Source of the DNA: Phyllosticta citribraziliensis
Taxonomy: Eukaryota
Length of the DNA: 64,000 nt
Direction of reading: 5' to 3'
NCBI RefSeq assembly: GCF_038025025.1
Contig: NW_027117343.1
Location: 2,108,001-2,172,000 of the forward strand
Positions 50,710 to 61,584 of this stretch are shown piece by piece. How positions within the stretch are numbered: position 1 is the stretch's first letter; every line of letters starts with the position of its first letter. Position numbers and translations under genes: made by a program. The notes below the pieces were generated by a model. It made no database searches. It had not been told where the DNA came from and saw only the letters and a list, made by a program, of their open reading frames with translations.

Positions 50710-52345
50710 CGTCGATGGGCGGATAATTGAATAGAAGGTCGGAAGGCTGAACAAGTATCCAGCAGCAGGGGAGCCGCAACAAGCAACCAGCCAGCCAACC
50801 ATGGCAAAGTCACGAGACGAGACGAACGCGATCACGGCAAGCCGACCTCCGTCGCAACGGCAGCGACAGGTATAGCAGAGAAGACCTCGGCACGCTGGCG
50901 CATCCATCTTTTCACGATCCGATCGAGACGACATGCAAGGGTCCGCAGCAGGCAGCCAGCAGCGGCCGATGCATGCGTTGCAATGTAAAACGCCAACGCC
51001 AGACCGTTTAGGAGTTTCGGGCGTGGGCAGCAAAGCATGGGTAAACGGACTTTTACTAAACAGCATCCCATGTCTTGCATAGAGGCTCTCTCACCTTTTA
51101 CACGACGTTGCCTTGTCTTCGCGATCTATCATGGCTTCTTCATCACTTTAGCACCGCTGTTGCCGTTCACGACCATCGTTAGCACGCGAGAGTTGGCGAA
51201 TACAGTGTGGATTGACGAGCAGCGGCCAGACCTGCGCGTGTGCAGAATAGCTAGCTACCTTGGCAGACAGGCCAACAAACAAGCAGTCGAAATATAGAAA
51301 CAATCCGTCTCTCTGCTCCCTCCCCTCCCCTACCATCCTCCGCGATCCACGGATGCACCTCCGGCCCGCCGGCTCGCTCCCTGTTCTGACTGGCATCCAT
51401 CCACCATAGATAACTTTCCTGCGTGGGCGGCATAGCATGGCATGGCATGGCTGATGGCAAGGAAAACATCCAATGGCATATTACACATCAGCCACCACAC
51501 TGCGCTCGCTGATGCCCGCAACCACCTTTCTTTCTTTTCCTTTGCCATCCCTCCCTGCCAGGCAGTGCAGTAAAACTAAACCGGCCATACTAGGCAAACA
51601 GACTCAGCCACCCACGCATCTCTTATCACACTCCCTTGCCTACCTACCTACATACCTACCACCACCTACCACCGCCTTATAGATGCCCGCCAGGTACATG
51701 TACAGCGCTCCTTCACGATACATGACCTCGCTCACTCCTGTCCCTCTCCTACCCTCCCCTTTCAGTATACCTTCATACTGTACCTCCAGGATGCGCCCAC
51801 CTGGTCATATTCCACCCCCCACCACCCTTCCCTGTCCTTCCTTCCCTTCCCTTCCCGCCCCTCGCTCGCTCGCTGTGGCACCGCCACCGGCGCAACGCAA
51901 CGCAACGCAGCGCAGGAAATTTGTTTCATCTACCGTACTAAACTAAACCGACCGACCGACCGACCATCCCGTATCCTAACGAAATGAGCGCGAGCGTAAC
52001 GGAGCGCCATCCAGCCAGCCAGCCGGCCAGCCGGCCAGCCACAACGCGGCGTCTTTTAATTTCCTGGCCGAGCGTCCCCAATGGCCGGTGACGACCGCTG
52101 CTGCTGTGGCGGAAATGTCGGGTGTGGCTGGATAGTGCGGTCTTTCTACTGTGGTGGGTCTGCTGGTGTACAGAGTATGTGGAGGTATCGCATGCGTCGA
52201 CTTGAAGTGATGGAATGAGATGAAGTGAATGAATTGCACATGTCTGTGGTCGTGGAGTATGAGGACTAAAGGACGCAAAGTTGGATTGACATGACCTGTC
52301 GTGCTGGCATGCGAACGGACGAATTATACGTCTGTGGGGACTAGG

Positions 52346-52367
52346 GAGAGAGAGAGAGAGAGAGAGA
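52346..52367. repeat. (GA)11 microsatellite
   Basis: Read directly. Confidence 0.9.
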
Positions 52368-53791
52368 GGGCAAGATGCGGTTTGATTAAGTACGGCGTGT
52401 GTGTAGCCATGTCACCACCACAGAAGAATCATCGCACAAGAATCTTCCGAGAAGAAGACGAAGATGAAAGATAGACGCGGACGCGCAAAAGCGGAACTTG
52501 GTGATCATGATTGCCATTGGATCGCATTGCCCTCTCCCCCTACTATTCTGCTACGCGGTACTTGCTACTACTACTTGGCAGGCCTTCTATATTACACACG
52601 ACGACGGCCGCCTGTTGCTGAGACACTGATGATGGTGCTTGTGCTGGTGCTGGTGCTCGTCGCAATAACATTGCTATTGACCTTGATCTCGACCTCGATC
52701 TCAACCTCACGTGCCTCACCCAAATGTGTTGTGAACAGACAGAGAAACGGAGAGAGGGGAAAAAGAAGAATCGAGGCGGACGATGCCTTGACGACAATGA
52801 TAGCACCGACACCGACGACAGTAGCACCAGCAACAGACAGACAGACGCACATGCAAAGTTGATGACTTGACTCGACTACTCGACTCGACCGACTGACCAA
52901 ACCCCCTACTCTCCCTCCTCCCAAATGAACCGCTGCATCCATCCATCCATCCATCGACTCATCCAAGAAGCACACCACACTTCCCATCTCAGAGCAGCTC
53001 GCAGCTCCTCCCCGCAAACAAGTGCAACCAAGAGAGTAGTAGCCAACGACGTGAACGGCTCGACTCGACTCGACACCCTCGACTCAATAATCACAACAAT
53101 GGAGACGACGACGACGACGCCGAGGAGAAGCCGCTTCCCGGCGCTAGATGCGTCGACACGTCGTCCGCACTGAGCTCCCTCGGGCCATTTTCATCTCTCT
53201 CTCTCTTTCCGTCTTGCGTCCGTCTGCGTCGACAATCATCAACGGCATCTCATCTCATCCCATCCCATTCCGTCGATCCGACGTCTGGCCGCCTATCCGT
53301 CTGTCCGTCCGTACGCTTTCCGCAGTTTTGGTAAACTTCGTGGTTGTGATAGTAGCTTGTCGATGACGGTGACGACGACGACAAGACGAGACAGCGCGGA
53401 CGGCGGCCAACAAGTATAAGTAACAAAAAAAGCGACTCCATCCAAAACTCCGGCCCTATGATTGTGGTGTGGTGGAACAAGGGAGAAAAAGAGAAGAAAA
53501 AGGAAAAAAGGGTCAGCCCCAAAAACCCGCGCGCAATGGCCAGAGTAACGAGGTAAGTAGGTAGAAAGAGGAGGGGGTGGGTGTGGAGGGAGGGAGGGAG
53601 GGAAGTCGGAAAAAAGGAGGAAGAAAATGAGAAAAGAAAAGCGCGCTCCACAACGAACAGAGACGGAAAGATAATTCGCATGGTCTATGACATGTGCTGC
53701 GCGGCGGAATATAACACGTAAAGAACAACCAAAAAAACAAAAGAGGCGCATCGCACACACACTATTACCCATTCCCCCGCGGCATGCTGTT

Positions 53792-56010
53792 TTAGTCGCC
53801 TCTCTCGAACTTGATCGGGTGGAACAAGACGCCGCTGAGGCACATGCGGCCGCTTCCATTCTCCTCCTCATAGCGACCGCCCTCGCCGTTTTCGGATGCG
53901 CCCAGCCATCGTCTGAAGAGCGCGCCCGAGAAACCCGAGTTGTAGTAGAACGAGCTGCCGAGCAAGTTGTGCTCGCCCCAGCCAAAGGGGCTGTCGACGT
54001 CCTTCTTAGGGTAGTTGAAAATCTGGTTCATGTAGTCCAGATCCCAGTTGCGGTCGAAGAAGACGGGGTGCGGCGCGTAGAGGGACTTGAGACCGTGGTG
54101 ATAGGCCACCGTCGGCGGCCACATTTCGGGAAACATGGTGTGACGGTAGCGGAATGTCTCTTCATGCATGAGGTTGAGCAAACGCTTGGACAACCGCGAC
54201 ACGGTGATGATGGCGACGCGGCGGGGCGGCGGAGGAAGAGAGAGATCGTAACCGGTAATGTCGTGGCGGAAGACCCAGTTTGTCTTTTCCGGGTCGAAAA
54301 ATGGATTAAAGGTGATGAGATCGGCTTCCTCGCCAACGCCCCACTCGTAGTTGTCCTCCTCGTAGGATGTAGGTGGCTTGGTGCCGGGAGGTGAGGGCAC
54401 CTTTTCTCTGGCCTTGTACTCAGGAGGACCCCAGACGGGCTCGTCGTCGCCGAGCGCAATCTCCTCCTCGACCATCTTGGTGTAGTTGTCCCAGCTGCCA
54501 TGGACGTCGGGGATGTAAAACTTGGAGCTGCGCTCCCAAGCGCCCTTGCGAGGCTGGCGCTTGGCCCACTGGCCGAGGCGTTCGTGGAACTCGTAATAGT
54601 GACCCGTGTAGCGCAGATCCATCTCCCAGTTCCAGAAAAAGTCGTATTCAGGGTGTTGCTGGGAGAACCATTGCAGTGCAAAGTGGGCGCCGCGGTAGAC
54701 GCTGTGCACAGGCAGGCCCGAGTCGTTTTCGAGGTTGTCGGTAAAAGGCTCGGGGTAGTACGTACGCATCTGCTGCTCTGACCAGAGAGTAGCAATGCCC
54801 CAAAATTCCTTGGGCACGTTTTCCTCCAGCGTGCGCTGGTAAATAACATCGGACGCCCAGATCGGAATACTGTCGTCCTTGACGTGCACGAGGAGGTGGA
54901 CGTCGTACTCGCCGCCGGACTTGAGCGACAGTTCGCTAATCATGGCCCGCAGCGTCATGATTTGCCATTCTGTGTATTGATAACCGGTCCAGGTACGGAG
55001 CACGTAGGCAGTCCGAGACCTCGTCTTCTTGCTGCCGCTTTGGCGGTGGCTTTCTGATGAAGTCGCTTCTTCGTTGTCGAATCGGACCTTGTTCTTTTCG
55101 TAGCAGTCCTGCTGCGCGCGACCCCAATCAACGTTTCTGTAGTCCACCTTTTTCGGGTTGATCATTTCCCAGACTCTCTCGGCGCCAACATTTTCCGAGT
55201 TGTCTGCCAGGCCGAACCCGCCCTCTTCGGGCGAGTAGCCGTAGCCGTAGGGACCAAGGCGGCCGTAGCGCTCGTAGCACATGTCGCGGGCGATGCCGAG
55301 CTGCTCGTAGGATCCAAAAAAGGGATTGGTCATGTTTTGCGGGATGCCGGGGTATGCGTAAATGTCGGGCGTCGGCGTCTTCAAGCCCTCGTCGAGATAG
55401 CATTCTTGCACGGGGAAGAATTCCTTGAGGTACTCGGGCGATGTGTATGGAGGATAAGGGCTGAATGGGAATGGGCGGGCGGACGGCGAAGGCTCGGGCG
55501 GGAGGTTGAACTTGGCCTTTTGCGTGGCGGATGGAAAGGTGTCCAGAGGTGCTTCCGAGTCGGGGCGGACGAAGAGCTGCTCAGGGGTGTGGTCTTTGAG
55601 CGATACGAGGGTTCGCAGGCCGTTGTAGTAGCCATTTAATCTGAAGGAGTTAGATTTTGCGTCGAGGGCGATGGCGTCGGGGCGACTCACCTGGGGAAGT
55701 GTTCCCACGGAAAGAGTTCTCTTGGCGGAGGTTGCTGGTGATGTATCATGTTTTGGTGTCGCCTGTAGCCACTCGTGGCGAGCAGACCGACGAAGAAGAC
55801 GACGGTGACGGCGAAGAGGATGACGCGCGAGAAGCTGAGCTTTGGGAGGGTGAAGCGGTCGCCGCCAGGGCTGGGAGAACGCCAGCGGTACTTTTTGGCG
55901 CCATTGCCGTTGTCGTAGCCGGGCAGCTTCTCGTAGGAGAAGTTTGCCTTGATGGGCAGCAGCTTCATTGGGTTCATGTTCTGGAAACGTGCAGAGAGAG
56001 GCGACTTCAT
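53792..56010 (-). CDS. DUF3405-type type II membrane protein (putative glycosyltransferase-like)
   Basis: Exon 1 has one TM helix (VILFAVTVVFFVGLL). Intron 55641-55690 joins FPR/LNGYYNG. Motifs RTAYVLRTW, LRAMISELSLKSGGEYDVHLLVHVKD, WNWEMDLRYTGH and LFHPIK. The start could be a downstream Met (MNPMK). Confidence 0.85.
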
Positions 56011-56600
56011 GGCTCCGGGTTGAGCATGAGGATCGTTGAGCCCCTCCCCTCGCACTGAGTTCTTGCGAAACCGAATCTTGACGGCGTCGGAGGCGGTAGG
56101 GGGAGATAATGTACGGTGGGCCTGGCTTTGCGAGGATGGCCGGGCGGAGGGTGCGAGTGTTGTCGGGCAGGGAGGAGGGAGGGTGAAACGCAGCGGGAGG
56201 CTTTGCGCTGCAGGTCGTCGTAATGGCGCGCGCAGGGAAGTCTGGGACAGCGGATGAACAGTGGGCGGTGTGGGCAGGCAATGGTGTGGGTGCTGGGGGA
56301 GAGCCGGTTGCAGCTGGCGGGCGAGAAAGGGATCAGGGCTCGGGGGGGACGGGCTAGCGAGCGGACGCGAGTAAGGAAGGCTGCGCAGGCCAGGCGTGGG
56401 AGGTCAGGTCAGGTCAATGAGGGAGGGCGATGAAAAGGAGATGGTTGGATGGAGCGACGGAGAAGAGTGGCGAGGGGATGAAGAAAGGGAGGAGAGGAGC
56501 GGAGCGATTGAAGTTGGGCAAGGTGTCAAGTCGTGTCGGTGGTCGACTCGGAGTCGGAGTCGGAGTCGGGGTGGTGAGGAGCCACCCACTCACTCAGGCA

Positions 56601-56630
56601 GGGCAGGGCAGGGCAGGGCAGGGCAGGGCA
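56601..56630. repeat. (GGGCA)6 pentanucleotide repeat
   Basis: Read directly. Confidence 0.9.
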
Positions 56631-56824
56631 GAGATGATCAGGCCTCTCGTGTGCAGCTATTGCTATTGCGTGCGAGGGCAGAGTCGCAGTCATGCACTGT
56701 ACCGCGCACTGTATTTCTCTGCTAATGTACATGATGCATCCAGAGCCAGGTAGCCGTTGAGAGACGAAAATAGCAGAGAGCCGAGGGTGGCAACTGGCAA
56801 CCGGTTCAGTTGCAATGCCCGCCC

Positions 56825-56882
56825 GCCAGAGCCAGAGAGAGCCAGAGAGAGCCAGAGAGAGCCAGAGAGAGCCAGAGCCAGA
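56825..56882. repeat. (GCCAGAGAGA)4 minisatellite with flanking GCCAGA partial units
   Basis: Four perfect 10-mers at 56831-56870. Confidence 0.9.
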
Positions 56883-58601
56883 ACCAATATCCGGACTGCC
56901 CCCCACGCGGGCGGCCTACTCCCAAGTCCCATCCATGAATCCACGACCAGGCGCGCCGCCCTCATTTTGGCCTGGCCGGCTGCTCATCAATTGCAACATG
57001 GTCGAGCACCAGCGGCGGCTCGCACGAAACCTCGATCCGCCATATGTCGTTTCGACGCGCTCGGCTCTGAAACGGGTGCTGACGACGCCTGCCATCTGAT
57101 GCCATAGTGCCATGCCATGGCATAGCACGAGGCTAAAAGAGAGCCACCAACTGGATTGTGAAAGTCTCCTGGCTGTCAATCACTGTTGCGACCGTACCTT
57201 GCCGCACCGTACCGTACCGCACGCCCGCCCGACGGATCCATTGCATCCTGCCTGCGTCATTCCTCCACGTGCCGTGCACCTCTTTAGCTTTTTAGCATGT
57301 CGCCCGTTCGATGCGCGGTATCCAAGGGTTCGCGTCGCGCAGCAGGCCCGGCCATGCTCGAGCAAAAAGCTTGTCGTCAAAATGTGAGATACACACACGA
57401 CGCGATACATCTTCATTCCCGTTCCTCACGCTACCTGCCGACCTTGCAGCAGCAGCACTGCTGAGGCATGCCGTGGAAGACGGACCAGCGCCCCTATCCC
57501 CAATCAGGCAACCAGGCAAGACAAGTCGAGGCGCCTGCCGCGCCCGCCTGCCCAGAGCCAGCCAGCCCGCCACGGCAGCCCTTGGAGCAAATCACGGCAA
57601 AAATGCCACCTCCACCACCTACCACCTATCACCTACCACCATCACAGTACAACCACTCCACTCCACTGCACCACCTCTCGAATTTCCCCCAGACAAGCTC
57701 TCCCTGACCTCCTAACCGGCATCTCATCGGAGCATTATTCAACGTGCCCGCCGCCTTTTTCTCCTTCGCTTCTTTTGCAGGCCTCCAAAGCATCCATCAT
57801 CAGCCTGATGATCAAAAAATTTCACAAAGCGCCACCGCCATCATTGTACATGCTGCCACAACCCCCATCCATCCCTCCATGTCCCTATCGCGTGCAGCAA
57901 ACGCCCCCGCTCCACCCCCTAACTTCCTTTCCCATGCTTGCCCTACGCCGCAGTCCGACGGCGCAATCTCCGCCCTCTTCATGCCTCGTCGTCGACCCCT
58001 TCTTCTTCTTCATCATCTTCTGCTCCTACCCCCACGCTATCTCTGTATCTTTGTCCAAGCAATGTAGTAGGTACCCCGTGTCGTGGTCGTGGCCCGTGGG
58101 TTAGGTTGCCCTTTCAGCCACTTGCCTTCCTTGGCAGATACCCATCTCAATCTGCGTTCCTGAACTAATCTACATGCGCGCCGCGTTCGCGTCGTGGCGT
58201 GGCGTGTCGCGTTCCCCGGTAGGAGACTCATCCAGCGCCCGCTCCTCTTTCTCTGCACACAAAGGAAGGGTTTGGTGGTGGAATGAGAGGGCCAAGGGGG
58301 TTGTCAAATGGTAGGTCTAGATTTTGTTCTTTTTGTCTTATATCCAAGTCCATCTATCTCTACTTGTGTTCTACATATCCAACTGCTCAGTCCACGGAGT
58401 TTTGTCTTGTTGTTGTAAAAGTGTGTGGTACTTTGCGCAGCCCTCTGCGCTGACAGCATGTCGCAGTCGCACACGGCGCGGTTCGTCCCATCTGATGCCT
58501 ATTCCTCGTCAGCGTCGTCGTCGTAGGCTTCGTTGTCATCGCAGTCATTGTGTCCCCTCGCCACCTATTGTTGGTCTCGCGTGGCACATCAAAGCCTCAT
58601 C

Positions 58602-58604
<3 letters not shown>

Positions 58605-58643
<39 letters not shown>
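58605..58643. repeat. (GTC)13 microsatellite
   Basis: Read directly; lies in the 3' region of the SET gene. Confidence 0.9.
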
Positions 58644-58692
58644 CAACTCCTCAGCCATCACCACCAACACCAACACCAAAACCAGCACAGCG

Positions 58693-59929
58693 CTACGGCC
58701 GACACGCCTCACACGCACACTCAAAGCCCCAATTGCGCCTCAGCGTGTCCCGCCGCTCGGCAATCTCCATCTTGCCGCCCTCGCCGCCCAGGTAGCTGAT
58801 GCGCAGCTCGTGGCCCGCGCCGACGGCGCCGGCGGCCCAGAAGCTCCACCCGCGCCCTGCCCGCCGCTTGCCGACGTTGGGCGCGCACGCGTGGTTCCAG
58901 TAGCTGGCGGAGCTCCACACGCCGAAGCCGAAAAACTCGGCCCCGTCCGGGTCGTCGAGCGACCGCAGCCCGAAGCTGTTGTGGCTGTCGCGCGCCGCCA
59001 GCGTGCGGCACGTCGACGGCGTCGTCGCGGCGACCAGGGCCTCGGGCACTGTGGCCACGAGTTGGAGGTACGCTGTCACGTGTTGCGTCAGGTCGATGGT
59101 CGATTTGTAGGGTGTTGGGTTCGAGGCGAGGGCGTCGAGGGCGGCGTAGGAGGAGGGACGGTGTGCGCGGAGGAGGATGCCGCTGAGCAGGAAGGACAGC
59201 GTGTCGGGCGTTGCGGGCGATTTGAGGATCGAGGCGAGGGCGCGTTTGGAGGGCTTGTTGGCCGTCTTGCTCTTGCGCGCCGTGAGGATGAGAGCGGCGG
59301 TGCGCGAGGCAACCTCCCACGCGGCGTCTATCTCCTCGACCGTGGGGACAGGGGCATCTGCGGCATCGTCGTCAGTCCGGACATCCAACTTGTTATCAAC
59401 TTGTTGCCGTCTCCCACGGCGAGCGCAATGCCAACGTACCCGCATCCACCATCTCCTGCTCCCGCGGCCTGCCCTTGCACAGCTTCTCCACCTCCCTCCA
59501 CGCCGCCACGCCGTCATCGCCCTGGTGCCGACACCACAGGTCGTGGCACTCGGCGCCGCAAAACGCATACCCCACGCCGTTGTCCCGCAGCTTCCACTCG
59601 CGCCCGCGGTCGTACGCAAAGCACCACCCGCACAGCTCGCGCCGGTACTCGCGCAGTATGACGTCGGCGCTGGGCGCCTCCGCCGTCCACAGGTGCGTCC
59701 CCGGCGCAATGTCCTGCGTCGCGAAGACGCCGCGGCCGGCCCAGGGCGTCTCGCGCACTTCGAACAGGTGCGAGGATGGCGCGCCAGGAGGGGGGGACGC
59801 GGATGTGGACGGGGCCGATGTGGCAGCGGCCCCGTCGTAGCTCGTTGTCGACGTCGGGGAATCGATAGACGAGGGGGAGGAGGAGGAGGCGCTTAGAGCC
59901 GGACTGACGGCTTGCATGGTGACGTCCAT
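58693..59929 (-). CDS. SET-domain lysine methyltransferase, SMYD/Set6-like (split SET with Cys-rich insert and post-SET)
   Basis: GRGVFATQDIAPGT, insert CGWCF...FCGAEC, ASYWNHACAPN, ELRISY and WGFECACEAC. Intron 59358-59439. Confidence 0.88.
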
Positions 59930-61584
59930 GGCGTAGAAATCGATATGGCGGTCTCTTTCGTGAAGAACCCGGGAACGCGGAACCAGGGGGTAAAAAGGGC
60001 AGCCGTTCTGGTCGACGACGCTGAACGGCGGGCGGGCGGTTCTGGAGGGCTTCTGCTCTGCTGGTGAAAGGAGTCGAATTGGGACAGTCTATCAATCACG
60101 TTTGGGTGCTCATATGTCTTGAGGGACAACTGGATGGCCAAGGTACAGCGAGGAATGCATTGCGTGGCGACAGGTAGATAGGTAGGCTGTGGATATGCAA
60201 GCGCTGGTGGAGCAACTGGCCAAGGGCTCCAGAAGACGAGACGAGAGAGAGAAACAGAGACAGAGAGTAAGAGAGAAGAGAAGGGAAGAAACGAAAAGAA
60301 CGGAGACCGACAAAGAAGACGAACGTCAGACGAAAGTGCAAGCAAAGCAAACGCGGTACGACGACGGCAGAAGCGCGCAAGCCCACAAGATGCCAACCAA
60401 CCAAACGACGCGCATAGAAAGACGCGAAGAAAAAAAAAGTGAGGGACCGAGCGAGGGCCACGAGCCACGATTTGGTGGCACGGTGGGGAAGGGCGGGCAA
60501 CCGGGCAAGCAAGTCTGGAACTACTGGAACCAGGCCATAGACATGCCGACAACCAACCAAAGACGAGAATGCTTTTTCTTGGTTGCGTCCAACGGATACC
60601 GAACTACTTCTCGTGGCGCTTTTCTCTGTGGTGCCAGTCAATCGGAGAGAAGACAGAGCACACGAGAACGCCATGGCGGGCGTGGAGGGGACTCGGCAGC
60701 CTCCAGCTCTGGCGCAAGACCGAGAAAAGCAAGAACAGCGAAAAGGCAAAGAGACCCTCTTTGCCTTTTGCCCGCAACCACGTCGTCCGGCAGGTCGGGC
60801 TGCACAACATCTTTCAGCTTTTGCTTTTCCCGTCCCCATGGCTCAACAAGGGTGAATGAATCAAATGCCAAGGACGGTCGGTCAATCGTCATTTGTTATT
60901 CGGTCATGGGCGCGGCGGGCCGTGGCCGGGCCTGCGGTAAAGGGCCTTCTTCCTTTCTTCCCGTTGAGCCTCACCTGTCGCCGTCGGTCGGACGGCCGAA
61001 CCAGTGACGTTTCGTTGGCTTCTAGATGCCACTTTGCTTGATGGCCGCCCAGAGTAAACGGGGGAAAGTTGCATTCAATCACCCGCAATCAAGTGAAGCA
61101 TCTGCGATGTTGTCAGAAATGTGCTGATATCGTCAAGGTTGGGTTCCGATATGGATATGGACCTGTCGTCTAGCTGCCATTGAAGCTGACTGGTCCACCT
61201 CACCGTTTATTCACCATGTTTGTTGGAGCAGCTCGAAGAGTGAAAGACAAGCAAGCTATGCACATGTAGGTGGATGGAGGTCAGGACGGGACAGGCATCA
61301 GGCATTGGCAAGCTTCAACAAGCTCCTGCCGCCGCGACACCAGCCGCAATCGTAGACAGCTATTCCATTTCTGTCTAGCAAAGCTCAATCTCACAAATGC
61401 TCTCCGTTGTCATCATCTACCCAACAGTAAAAAATCGATTCCTTTTGTAACGTAGACCTTGCCACGTCCACCGACGAGCCTAGCTAACGCCATTGGTATC
61501 GTGACCTGACTTGACCGAAAAAGTGAAGCATACCGAACGACCGAAGGAAAATTTCATCAACCCACCATCCGCACATTTACACGG

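Noticed and set aside
50710..53790. 3-kb gene-free tract as a mobile element or ncRNA locus
   Set aside because: Only short microsatellites and purine/pyrimidine tracts. No transposase, LTR, TIR or tRNA/snoRNA boxes seen.
56056..56281. N-terminal extension of the 829-aa ORF-track protein
   Set aside because: The ORF reads through intron 55641-55690 into the wrong frame. The real exon 1 is the frame that carries the TM helix.
56825..56882. Tandem repeats as a CRISPR-like array
   Set aside because: No spacers and a eukaryotic context; an ordinary minisatellite.
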